A program made the translations under genes and the position numbers. DNA of 64,000 nucleotides from Thecamonas trahens ATCC 50062 (Eukaryota > Protista > Apusomonadida): positions 1-64,000 of the forward strand of contig NW_013657624.1 in NCBI RefSeq assembly GCF_000142905.1, in the 5' to 3' direction. Positions 52,207 through 64,000 of this stretch are shown here, in pieces; positions within the stretch are counted from its first letter, which is position 1, and each line of letters begins with the position of its first letter. A model generated the notes under the pieces. That model worked only from the letters and a program-made list of their open reading frames with translations. It searched no databases and was not told where the DNA came from.

Positions 52207-55200
52207 TTACTTGCGACGGACCTTAGTAAAGCCGTCAGCATCGGTCTCGGGCTCGTTGGAGCGACGGGACGATGAGGCGCCGCCCTGGCGGGTCCGGCCC
52301 CAGTCGCGGTCGTCACGGCCGCTATCGCGCGACGAGTAACCGCCACGCCCGCTGCCGTACCGGTCGCCACCACGGCCACCGCCGTAGCCACGGTCGCCGC
52401 CGCGGTCGCCGCCGCGGTCGCCGCCGCGGTCGCCGCCGTACCGGTCACCGCCACGCCCGCCGCCAAAGCCGCGGTCGCCGCCGCGGTCGCCATCGCGCCC
52501 GCCGTTGTACCGGTCGCCGCCACGGCCACCAAAACCGCGGTCGCCGCCACGGTCACCGCCGCGGTCACCACCGTACCGGTCGCCGCCACGGCCACCGCCA
52601 AAGCCACGGTCGCCGCCGTACCGGTCGCCGCCACGGCCGCCATCGCGCCCGCCATCGCGCCCGCCGTCGCGCCCACCGTCGCCACGACCCCAGGCACGGC
52701 CGCCGCCGCGTCCGCCGTCGCGGTCGCCATCGCCACGGCCCCAGGCCGAGCGCGAGGGTGGCTCGCGGTCGCCACGGTCGCCGCGGGTCGCCGAACCGGT
52801 CGCCGCTGCGGGCCGGGGCCGCAGCCGCAGCCGGGGCCGGGGCGTCCCTCGTCCGCACCGCTCGAGCGGGCGGGCTCGTGACGCGAGCGGCCGCGCCAGG
52901 CGCCCGGACTCCTGCTCGTGGTTGAGGGTCTCCATTGCCTCGAGGATGCTCGCGGTCTGCATGACGCTGACACGCTCCTCCTCGGCCTCATCAGCCTTCT
53001 TCTCCGCCATCTCGGCATCGTAGCGGTCGTGGCGCTCGGCGTTGCTCAGCGCTCAGCGCGGCGCTTGGCGCGGGCCTTGGCCTCGCGCTCGCGCTTGCGG
53101 GTCTCGCCAGCAATAAAGGCCTCGACGCGGTCGTACTCGTCGGCGTGGGCCTCACGACGCTTCGCGAGGACCCGGGTGTAAAAGGCGTCGGTGAGCTTGA
53201 CAACCATGGGGTCAGTGCGGAGAGCCTTGAGCTCGAGCATCGAGTCGTGCTCGGCCCGGTGCTTGGCCTTGTACTCGTCCTTGGCGGCGTTGTACAGCGA
53301 GGCGTTGGTCACCGACTGCTTCTCAAAGGCGTCCTGGATGAGCGGCCCCTCGACCTCGCGGCGGTACCGCTCGAGGTGGTCCATGCGGCGGAAGAGCGAC
53401 TCGGTCCGCTCGGCCATGGTATTCTTCTCCTTGGAAATCTGCGTCACGTACTTGTCGAGCAGCGTCTTCCGATCGATGACCTCGCCGTCGTCGTCGATCT
53501 CGACGCCCTTGGCCTCCATCTCCGCCTTGAGCTCCTCCAGCCGCTTGCGCTCGCGCTCGGCCTTGACCTTCTCCTCCTTCTTGCGCTCGCGCTCGAGCTT
53601 GTCGGCCTCGAGCCGCTCCGCGGTCTCGCGCGCAATGCGCTCCTTCTCCTCGGCGGCGGCACGCTCGCGCGCCTCGCGCGCGGCCTTGCGCTCGGCCTCC
53701 TCCTTCTCCTGTCGCGCCTGGATCTCGGCCTTGCGCTTGAGCAGCATGCGGTGCTCGTTGCGGACCGACGCCGCCGCCACGGTGGCAACCCGCTGTGCGA
53801 GCTCGGCACGCTCCTGCTCCCGAGGCGCAATCATCTTGGACGCCTTGGAGAGCGACGACGCGAGGTCAACAAGATGCGACGCGAGTGTCGTGTCGTGCAT
53901 AAAGCCCGACTTGAAGGTCAGAGTCTGCTCCACGTGGTTGATGGTGAGCGAGACCCGCCCGAGCCGCACAGACTCGCACGCGAGATCCTCCAGCCGCGCT
54001 GCGTCAAGCGTGATGGCGAGCTTGGTCAGCGTCGAGAGCTGCACCACAGAGTACACCTGCGCGAGCTCCTCAAGCAGGAGCATAAATGCCACCTCCTCGA
54101 GGCCGACCGCGTAGTTGGCAAGGTGCGGCTGGGCGCGGACGTAAGCCAGAATCGGCTCGAGCCGCTCAAACTTGGAGAGCGGCTCAAAGTCGGCCACAAG
54201 CGCCGGGTAGAGCTCAGCAAGCTCCGGCGCCGCGAGCTCGACAATGCCGCGCTCGATGATCTCCGCCACGAGCTGGTCGCGCGTCGGAAGCGACGAGGTG
54301 TGCAGCAGCTGGCCGAGACGCACAGACTTGTCCGACGAGCCCTCAAGCGTCGTCACAATCGCCTGCGTCCGCGAGTTCTCCGAGAGCGGGATAGAGAGCG
54401 CGCCCACAAGCAGCGACGACGCCATCCGAGCCACCGTCTCCTGCGTCATCGACCGGTTGTGCTTCTGGTAGAGCGTAAAGACCTTGAGCGCCGCGTACGT
54501 GTGCATGACCTTGTAGTCAGCGTGCCAGCAGAGGAGTGCAACCCGCTCGTAGTACGCCGCCATCATCTGCGGCGCAATCGGCCGCGGCGACATCTCCATC
54601 AGCCGGTACAGCTCCTCCACAGTCTCAAACGCCTTCTGCCACGAGCCGAGCTCCATCGCCGTCGAGAGCTGCACAAACCGCGTCTCCATGTGCAGACGCA
54701 GCGACTCGCCGTCCTCGGCGTTGAGCTTCACCGCGTTTGGCGAGTTCTTGTTGTCCTCCTGGTACTGCACAATCGACTTGAGGTGCGAGTGCAGCGTGTC
54801 GCAGAACCGCCGAAAGTCCGACTTGAGCTCGTACCGCTTGCAAAAGTCAAACGCCATCCGCGCCAGGTTGTGGTACATCACTTCCATCGTGATCTTGTTC
54901 CGCAGGATGTCGAGAATCGCCCGGTACGCGTCGTACTCAAACCGCAGCCACGGCTTGACAATAACGCGCTCCAGCCGCTTGCTCAGCGAGTCGCCCGACG
55001 AAATCACAAGCTGCTTCTCGAGCGGGTCCTCCGGGAGGAACTCGCCCGAGTCCGACGTCAGCGCCTCGGCGAGCTTCGCCTGCGCCTCCACCACCTTCTC
55101 CTCCGTGTACGACAGCAGGTACTTCATCACACGGTCGAGCGACGCAAGCTTGACGTACTGCGTCAGCGTCTTGTACTGGTGCAGGCCATCCTTCATCTCG

Positions 55201-55387
55201 GCAGCGCGCCGCTGCTCCACGCACAGCTTGATGAACAGCATCATCGTCTCCTCATGCGCAGGCGTGAACTCGTCGCGCCGCGACTTGTTGAGGAACTCGT
55301 GAAGCGAGTTGAGCGCCTCTGCATTCTCGCCCACAGCGAGGAGCTCAGACGCCCGCTTGGCCGCCGTTTCAGGCTTGGTGATACGGA
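52207..55387 (-). CDS. EIF3A: Eukaryotic translation initiation factor 3 subunit A (5' exon not identified; frameshift at about 53049)
   Basis: KPETAAKRASELLAVG, KDGLHQYK, PWLRFEY..YR..LD.LRN, FRRFCDTL..HL, LGSWQKAF, DHLER, coiled coil and C-terminal DRGG repeats. Splice acceptor CAG at 55390-55388. Confidence 0.92.
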
Positions 55388-55639
55388 CTGCGCGCGATCA
55401 AAGGTCATCAATCAGCAACCACGAGATAGGTCCGGGTGTGGGTGCGGTACGAGTACGAGTGTGAGTAGAGGCACAACATTGGACGAAATGATTGCGCCCA
55501 CGAGTCGGTAATGGCGTGATCACAGACATTGCAGAATGACAAGCCAAGGGTCAAAGCCACACAAGTGCAGCAGGGTCAAGCAGACCACGACCATGACGAC
55601 CACGACCACAACGACGACGACACGACGACGACATGACAG

Positions 55640-55860
55640 CAGCCAAGCCAGCCAACCAGCCAACAACCAACAACCAGCCAAGCCAGCCAACCAGCCAACA
55701 ACCAACCACCAGCCAAGCCAGCCAAGCCAGCCAAGCCAGCCAACCAGCCAACAACCAACCACCAGCCAAGCCAGCCAAGCCAGCCAACCAGCCAACCAGC
55801 CAACCAACCAACCAGACCAAGTCACACACACACACACACACACACATAAACACACACACA
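55640..55860. repeat. Low-complexity AGCCA/ACCA repeat and (CA)n tract
   Basis: Directly visible next to the assembly gap. Confidence 0.8.
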
Positions 55861-55953
55861 CGTGCATACAATTACATGATGGAGACCAGAGTGAGTCACA
55901 GTCCACTGTTTGTGTATGTGTTCCATCCATAGTTGATGATGTGGAGGAGGGGG

Positions 55954-56336
55954 NNNNNNNNNNNNNNNNNNNNNNNNNNNNNNNNNNNNNNNNNNNNNNN
56001 NNNNNNNNNNNNNNNNNNNNNNNNNNNNNNNNNNNNNNNNNNNNNNNNNNNNNNNNNNNNNNNNNNNNNNNNNNNNNNNNNNNNNNNNNNNNNNNNNNNN
56101 NNNNNNNNNNNNNNNNNNNNNNNNNNNNNNNNNNNNNNNNNNNNNNNNNNNNNNNNNNNNNNNNNNNNNNNNNNNNNNNNNNNNNNNNNNNNNNNNNNNN
56201 NNNNNNNNNNNNNNNNNNNNNNNNNNNNNNNNNNNNNNNNNNNNNNNNNNNNNNNNNNNNNNNNNNNNNNNNNNNNNNNNNNNNNNNNNNNNNNNNNNNN
56301 NNNNNNNNNNNNNNNNNNNNNNNNNNNNNNNNNNNN
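55954..56336. other. Assembly gap (N run)
   Basis: 383 N bases. Confidence 1.
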
Positions 56337-56629
56337 CATATAATCGTTTGTCCCTTCGCCACGCCCCCCCCCCCCCCACACACACACATCTTATCATCAC
56401 CATCACCATCACCATCACATCCCTATTCCCCGATCCCTTCCCGATTCCCAGCCTCCCCCCCTCCCCCACTCCCCTCATAATCAATCACCAACGTTCAAGT
56501 AATCGTTGGCCACCTCCTCCCGCCCCACACCCGCACCACCTCACTTCCACGCCCTCTCTCCATATCCACCTCTGGCCGACTGCACTGTCGCAGCAGCCTT
56601 TCTCCCTTTTACGTATACACGTGGAAGCC

Positions 56630-58410
56630 ATGAGCCTACCACGCCCCCACACACAACCGGCTCAACCACCACATCCACCCAGCCAGTACGGCAAGGCGTC
56701 CACCTACTCGTACTCGTACTCGTACTCCCACTCGGACGACTCATCACATCTCTCGTCATCATCATCATCATCGTCGTCGTCGTCATCATTACCGTCGCCG
56801 CCATCGTCACCGCCACTATCATCCCTCTCCGCACACCGCCATCGCCTCATCCGCCCGCTGACTCCGCCGTCCACCTCGGCTCCATCTGCGCCTCTATCAT
56901 CAACAAGATATGATGAGTTCGATAGTCCGCTGCGGATGGGAAAGGCTCGCCTCAAGCTCCGCCTTCCGCCTACCACACCCGCGTTGCCCCCTCCTCCATC
57001 TTCTTCCTCAAGCGCAATCCCCCGCGCCCATCGGAGGCCGCCAGCATCGCTCGTCTCGCCACGCATCGGCCGAACCGCCATCACTCTTCCGCCACTGCCA
57101 GAATCGAATCTTGCCCGCCGTGCATCGCTCCCGCTGCCGCCTGTCGTCGTCTCTCCGCGTGCGGCCCCAGCGAGCCGATCCCGCCCATCCTCACGAAATC
57201 GGTCCCGACGAAAGCCCAAAGTGGCGATCCCCAGTGAGACCGGCCACGCCGCAGGCTACACCATGCTCGACAAGCCGCGTCGCGCCCAGATGACAGAGGC
57301 CTGCACTGGGACCCTCTACGGCGACCGCGCAGCCGCCACTGTCCGCATCGCCGCCCTCGCCTACGTCTCGCTTGTCTCGCGGACCAAGGACCGGACGGTT
57401 CTCGTCGACCTCGCCTCGCCCAGCTCGCCGGCAGCCTGCGTCGTCGCAGTCCCATCCAAGCTTGTCCGCCGTCTCACCCGCAAGTACGCTCGCCCGTCGT
57501 ATGCGACCCCGTTCTGCATCTCACTCGTCAAGCTCACTCCGACCATGCGCAAGCTGCCCGGCATGATGGCCTACGAGCTAGCTCTCCGCGCAGAGCTCCT
57601 CGAGCGCAACGCCTACCGCAAGTTCTCCCGCGTTCCGCACACGACCGACGCCACCCTCTTCTCGCTTCGCTACGGCTCGCTCTTCACCACCCGCCACCGC
57701 CTCCGCTTCTTCACCCGCGCGTCATCAAGCTCCAGCTCGCCCTCAGTGACCACATCAACCCACTCACACGCCTCCTCACTGGCGCCAAGCAAGCTCTCGT
57801 CATTGCAGGCTTCCTCGGCGTCTACCTCGCCGCGTTTGTCGACGACGCCCCAGTCCACGAGCCCGCCCAAGACCACCCGCTCCACCTCGCACCGTCGTCG
57901 CTCAACGTCCTCCGCCGCACTCTCTCCGATGTCGAGCCAGGTGCCACTCCGCGCTCTATCGATACCTCGCGGCTCATTGAGCTCCCTATCTCGCGCCAAG
58001 ATCGCCTCGGTGAGCTCGGCTACGAGGCGCTCTGCGTCTGGGAGCCTGACATCGATCTCAAGCTCCTCCGTGCCCCGACACTCAGCGCCGGTTCCGAGAC
58101 AGCATCGGGCCCTGCCGGGCCCATCCGCATCATGCTCATTGTCGACGTCAACCTCTACCCGCTCGCCACCCCAATCCGCTTCATCAAGCCGCTCGCCATC
58201 GACGTCGACGAGCACCGCGCGCCCCTCGGCCCACCCTCGCGCGCCGCCATTCCCATCGGCTTTGATACCCTGCACGATCGCCTCATCCATGCCTCGCCAC
58301 CGATCAACGTCATCAATGCCGACCTCGCTGTCTCGGCCACAAAATCCGCCGGCAAACTCGCAGTCTCCCACCTCCACCGCCGCCTCTGTGCCACCGACCA
58401 CCACCTCTGA
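56630..58410 (+). CDS. Hypothetical protein; frameshift at about 57715
   Basis: After RLRFFT the annotated frame turns into Ser-rich shadow text. The -1 frame reads PRVIKLQLALSDHINPL... without a stop into ORF 58132-58410. Confidence 0.6.
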
Positions 58411-58481
58411 CGGCTGCCGCTCTTGGCCATCACTCCCACTCAACTGTGCGCCCCCCCCCCCCCACCTTACCACTCATCAAC

Positions 58482-60072
58482 ATGGCCATCATCCCGCACG
58501 CTGCCGCAAACGCCCTCGATACCGCCCAGACTGCCCTCGACGCCCTCGCTGCTGATGTCGACCTCCTCTGTGAGCCGATCCTCGCCGCCGCAGGCGACGA
58601 CGCGCCGCACGCCGCTGACGAGCTTGCCGCCGCTCGCACAGACCTCCAAGCTGCGCTCGTCGGTACCCAGCGTACGCACCTTCCTTACACACAGACACAC
58701 CCTCTCTCACTCTCCCTTACCCGTACCCATCGGGTGCCATTTCCTTCATCTGTGTTCTCTGTACCCTGTTGGCCACCTCACTTTGGCGTGTCGCTCTTTT
58801 TGACGCCCTTTTCCGGAGATCGGTGTTTCTCGCTCATGATCACGCGTGATCAGAGCTCCTCACACAACATGCCCATGTTCTTCTGCGACCTTTTCCCGCT
58901 CCTCACTGCCCCCCTCCTTCCCCTATCCGCATCTAGAGCTCATTCAGCTGACCATCTCTGAGGCCGAGGACTTGCGGATGCACCAGCTGACCACCATCGA
59001 CAGCCTCCGTGCCCAGCTCGCCTCAAACTCAGCCGAGCTGGCTGCCGCCTCGGCTGCCGCCGCCTCCGTTCGCTCAAGCCTCACCGCCGCAAATGCTCGC
59101 TGCGACGATCTCCGCCGTCAGCTGCAATCCGCCCGTGCTGCTGCTGCCGCCGCCACCGCTGCTCCTCCTCCTCCCCGGCCGCATCCGGCTGTCACTGTCG
59201 TTACCGCTCTCAGCCTCCCCCTGGCGGCTTTGGTGTGGTCAGCGACTCATGCAAGCGATCTCGATCTGAGCCAGGCGCCCGCCGACGCCTCTGGCTCGCT
59301 CCTCGCCACCCTTCCGGCCCTGCTGCACGCAATGGCACCCGCTGAGCACGACACCCTACCTGGGGCGGCCTTGGCAAGCCTGATCACAGCGGCAGCGGCA
59401 GCCGAGTCCGGCGCAGCCCCGGCCCGCGCCCGCCCGGCAGCCATGACCACCATGCCTGGCTGCACGGCTCTGACCGCCGGCCGTTCTTGCCGAGACCCAG
59501 GCCGTGAATCCGGCGTTGACGCACTGCGGATGGTCCTGGTCGCCGAGGCCGTTCTCGGTGCGCTCGGCAACTCGGCATCGCGGCCAACCGGGCGGCTGGC
59601 CATCCTCGAGTCCGACGGCGTCGTTGACGCCCTCACTGCCATGCTCCTCGCGCTCGTTGACGCCACCGAGGCAATGCTCACCGCCTCACCGGGCCCATCG
59701 TCGTCGACCGGCCTTCATCTCTCTGCTCAAATTGAGCTCGCTTCGCGCCTTGTCACGCTTGTCCTCATCGCCATGTTCAACATCTCGCTCGGCCAACGCG
59801 GCGCACGTGAGCTCGTCGCCCGCGAGCCCGACACCCGGTCGGCCCTCTGCTGGATCGCCCGTTCCTGGCCCTCGGACGACATCCGTGTCAAGGCAGTTCA
59901 CCTCCTCTACTCTTTCCTCGAGTTCAAGGCCTTTACCCTCGCCTCTGAGCCCGAGCACGCTTCAGCTCGCGCCTTTTTTGCCGGTCTCGCCGCCGACGAC
60001 AACGACACCATCCGCAACACCGCACACGCCATTCTCTCCCACCTCCACGCCAAACCGGCGCCGTCCAAGTAA
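58482..60072 (+). CDS. Coiled-coil + armadillo protein, HSF2BP/MEILB2-like; intron 58672-58936
   Basis: A GTACGC...TAG intron joins LVGTQ|QLIQLT in frame. Coiled coil is followed by ARM segments resembling HSF2BP as recalled. Confidence 0.6.
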
Positions 60073-60091
60073 AAAGGCCTCATGCTACGCC

Positions 60092-63000
60092 TCATGATGA
60101 TGATGACGACGACGAGTAGGACGACTCGACAGATGCCTTCGCCGCCACTTCTCCCGCCAGTGCCTTGGGTCGTGGAGGAGGCACCGGCTTGGGCGGCTTG
60201 ACAAGCTCCACCGGCGCGGGCTGCGACGGCGCCTCGCCCGCTAGCAGCACATCCATCTCATCCAGCTCGAGCGAGTCAAAAGTGCCCATCGTTGCCGCGT
60301 CATTCGCGCCTCGCACATGCGCCGGCACCGCCGAGACTATCACCTCGTTCCGCGTGCCACTCTCCACGGCCTTGCCACCCCTGCTGGCCTGCTCTCCAGA
60401 TCCGACCACGCTCGTGAGCACGTCGACCACCTCGGGCATCCGATGCGAGTCGACGTCGCGCGCGTTGCGTGCCAGCCACGCCTGCACCCGCTTAGACTGG
60501 GGATTCGGCGCCGAGAAGCCCGCCGTCCGATGGGCGTAGATCTCGCGGACGTCTATGAAGATGAAGTAGGCCGAGAAGAGGAGGAAGGCGACAACAAGGA
60601 TGACCACAAAGGCCTCGACCACAATCGTCCGCTTGTCCGACGGCTCGAGATTGCCGGCATGCATCATGTTGGCCGCAAGGAGCACACCGAGAATGCACCC
60701 GGTGAGGCACTGCTCCATCTGGTTGTACATCGGGTAAAAGTACGGCTCATAGTAGAAGAATACCGCCATCGAGACCACAAAGGTGAGAATAAGCAGTGAG
60801 ATGAGAATGGTCACCGACCGCGAGAGGAAGAGCGTGAGGATGACAATGAACAGCCGCTTGCCGAGCAGCGGCAGGAGCGCGTAGTAGTACTGCGACCGGT
60901 ACAGCCGGTAGAGCATGCCATACCGCCGCATCGTTCGCATCGAGAACAGCACGTGCCGATGGCGGTACAGCGTGTACGCAATGATCCCAGGAATGCCCAC
61001 AATGTAGCCGAGCACTCCTGCAAGCCCAAACGGAAAGATCGACCACCACGTCTCGTCAAAACACGCCACAGACAGGTCCGCGTCCAGCATCCACCGCCCA
61101 TTGCGGAGCTTGGTGCAGTCGAATAGCAGCAGTGACGACTGCGAGAGCGGAATGTACAGGATCGCCCCGAGTGTGTACGTGAGGAAGAGTGCCACAGGCT
61201 TGAGTGAGATCTGCTGCAGCTCGGCACACGGCCGGATCACAAACGGGAGGACCGAAAAGAACAGGTACATAAAACCGAGCACAAGCGCAAAGAGCACCGC
61301 AGGCAGGAAGAGCGAGACAAGATACGTTGCTGCCCACGACTTGGTCGAGCACTGCGTGGCGAACAGGTTGACGTCGATCGAGAACACGTTGAAAACGTTG
61401 AGCAGCGACCCCGCTGTCGACGTCCACGAAAAGTTGACAGAGCCAAAGAGGCCCAGCATCTGCGCACCCACAACAGCCAGCGAGATCGACGGCGGGAAGA
61501 GCCGTGACCGCCCGCCATTTGGCGTCGCACGCCACCGTGCCTCCTGCTCCGCCGCGCTCAGGTTGCGGTCCTCCATCTCCGCCATCTTTCGCCGCACAAA
61601 CATGACATACAGCACCAGCGCCCCAACCACAGCACCAAGCACCACAAGGATCACAAGGAGCGCGAACAGGCCTCCAGAGCTCTTGGGGCACTTTCGGCAC
61701 GTCTGATCACTCGCAGAGTAGTACCCCTCTGAGCACGCAGAGCAGAGAAAGCCCTCATGCCCCGCCGAACACCGCTGACCAAGGCATGCGCCGCGCCGCG
61801 GGCACGGCGCAAATGTGTCCGCAGACGTCGCCGCGTACCCGGGCACCGCTACAGGCAGCTCTTCGCCGCCCGCACACGTCGCTCCCACAGGGCACGCCTT
61901 ACAAATCGTTCCAGGCCCTTCAAGGCTGTAGTTGTTGACCAGGCACGTGCAGTTGGCCCGCGACTCCGCGCCTTCCAGCCCATGCGTCGACGTCCCTTCG
62001 GGACACTCCTCGCACGTCAGTTGGTTCGGTTCGGCAGAGTACGTGTCGCGCCCACACGGCACGCAGTTGTCTGTCCGCGTCGGCGAAAACGTGCCTACCA
62101 CACAATACGACTCAACCGAGACTACAAACGGCGCACCTGCGATCGGGTCGCCATTAATCGACACAATGAGCGTGTAAAGCCCGGGAGAACTGAGTACGTA
62201 CGTCAGCGTGTACTCGCCGTTCCCGTGGTCTACCAGTGTTGTCGGGAAGCTCTCCCGCAAGTTCTTCAGCACCACAACAGGCCCGTCGCCGCCCAGCAGC
62301 CGGCGGTTCGATCCGGCATCGCGCGCCGTCACTGTCACGTTCGCCATGCGCTCCGCAAACACCGACGATACATCGCCTGATGCCGTCGATGCTGTCGCCA
62401 CCGTCGCCGCCGGTAGCACTTCCACAACCACAGGATTCCCGCCGCCCACCAGACCACCGTTGACACGGACCGTAAAGCTCTTCGGCCCACTCACGTCGCC
62501 CACAACCTCGCCTGGGATGCTCACTTCCCACCACCCGTTCGTCATGTGCGACGCAACAGCGCTCGGCACTCCATCAACGGTGATCACGTCATGGCTCGAA
62601 AGGTCAACAGCGTACCCGCCCGTCGCCATCGTCTGCACCGCAAAAGTCACAGTCTCGTTGATGAGTGTGTATGGCGGATGGACCACCACGCCCTGCGCCA
62701 GGAGCCGCTCCACATCGAGCCTTCCCTGGGTGCTCATCAGCTCCGTCGTCGCCACCACCGACGACGCCGCCGGGTCCGTCATTGCACACTGCGCCGATGC
62801 CGATCCGCTCCAGGTTCCGGACCTCGGGTCGCACTCCCGCACCCCCAGCCCCACAATTGCATAGCCCGACGAGCACGAGAACGTGCACGTCTCACCGCCA
62901 GTCGTTCCCGAGCACGAGACGCCGCCATTGGCCGGTGCCGGTAGCGGCCCGCCGCACGACACTGACGTCTCAAGCGTGCATGCAAGACTCGGCGTCGGCG

Positions 63001-64000
63001 TCCATACCGGTGGACTCGGTCCGTTGGCTACACACTCAAACGAGCGTGGTGCCCCTGCCGCTGAAAAGTAGTTTGGCAAGCACCCAAACGTGACGACCGA
63101 GCCCACAGGCGTGTTTGGCTGCGCCATCACCTGCTGCTGGACTAGCGGTGGTGGAGCAGCATCTGGACACTCGGATGACATGAGCGCGCCACGAATCGTG
63201 GATGAAATCGCGCTCACCACATCGTTGAACGAGTCCGCCCGGGATTAAAGTTGGCCACCGCAAGATCGCGCGCCGTCCCACCACCCAGCAGCAGCAAAGG
63301 TGAGGGGTCAAACGTACCCGGCCCAGTGCCTTGATGGAGACGGACTGAGTTTCCATTCTGCCCGCCCACAATGAGGTCGACCAGGCCATCGCCGTCCAGG
63401 TCAGCGGCATCCATAGAGTTCACGTACCCACCCGAGCCAATATACTCCTGTGGTGCCTCAAAGACTCCGTTCCCAGGATTGCTGAACACCTTGGCCTGAT
63501 TCCCGGTCGCGTAGCACCCAACCAGCAAGTCGAAATCGCCGTCGTTGTCGATGTCGGCGAGCCGGACCACAATCGGACTGCTGTGCGCCGTCGACACCAC
63601 CACCTCGGCGCCAAAGTTGCCAGCGCCATCGTTGGGCGCCCACGCGATGCGGTTGCTGTTCGATCCGCACGCGACAACGTCAATGTGTGCATCGTTGTTG
63701 ATCCGGCCCACCGCCACGTCCCGGATGTCGTTCATGCCCAGAATCGCCGGACTCTGGCTCGCAAACGTCGGGCTAGCCAGCTGCCCGTCGTGCGCGTGCC
63801 AGACCACTACCGAGGGCGCGTTGCGCCGACTCGTCACCATGTCCAAAAACCCGTCGCCGTTCAAATCGGCCAGTCGGACACGTTCCACGTTCGCCACCGC
63901 AAACTGGCCGAGCTGCGAAAACCGAGTGTTGGCGTCGGCGGCATCCGTGTTGACAAAGTAGCGGACGACGTGCGAACTATGCGATGCAACCGCAATGTCG
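60092..64000 (-). CDS. Large cell-surface multi-pass protein: FG-GAP repeats, sushi x2, filamin/Ig-like, Cys-rich repeats, multi-TM C-terminus (5' end outside window; frameshift at about 63240)
   Basis: DLNGDGFLD, DIDNDGDFDL and DLDGDGLVDL repeats; CCP patterns; DHGNGEYTLTY...I.G.PF filamin motif; many TM helices. Adding one G gives ANFNPGADSFNDVV. Confidence 0.8.

Noticed and set aside
53145-55511. 788-aa antisense ORF over eIF3a, and similar long shadow ORFs (16643-17779, 38489-39961)
   Set aside because: Expected from high GC and strong codon bias of the real gene on the opposite strand; no domain-like content.
55520-56484. ORFs spanning the N gap
   Set aside because: Artefacts of Ns and simple repeats.

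Overview
Gene-dense, GC-rich, intron-poor eukaryotic (protist) genomic DNA with one assembly gap (55954-56336). Style and gene content resemble the apusomonad Thecamonas trahens, but that identification is an inference. The main feature is a dispersed cluster of six paralogous single-pass receptors between 3.7 and 35 kb. Their layout is: signal peptide, unnamed N-terminal domain, usually a sushi-like module, variable polyproline stalk, D-x-CGVC-x-G Cys repeats, TM helix, trypanosome/fungal-type class III cyclase homology domain, and Ser/Arg tail. All six cyclase domains lack the catalytic Asn/Arg, and only two keep both metal-binding Asps. The window also holds a tandem pair of ATD-less ionotropic glutamate receptor-like channels and an intact PIF/Harbinger transposon inside an intron of a PH-like/ARM gene. 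Other unusual genes are a candidate HSF2BP/MEILB2 homologue, a TM-anchored GAR-domain protein and a zinc-knuckle Ca-binding mitochondrial carrier. More conventional genes include PLD, TMEM86/YhhN, EAF, MFSD5, a TBC RabGAP, a CBS-PB1-TPR protein, a pepsin-like protease, eIF3a and an FG-GAP surface protein. Nine frameshifts in eight genes are each repaired by adding one base, most likely sequencing under-calls. All family assignments come from motif recognition by eye; no database searches were run.
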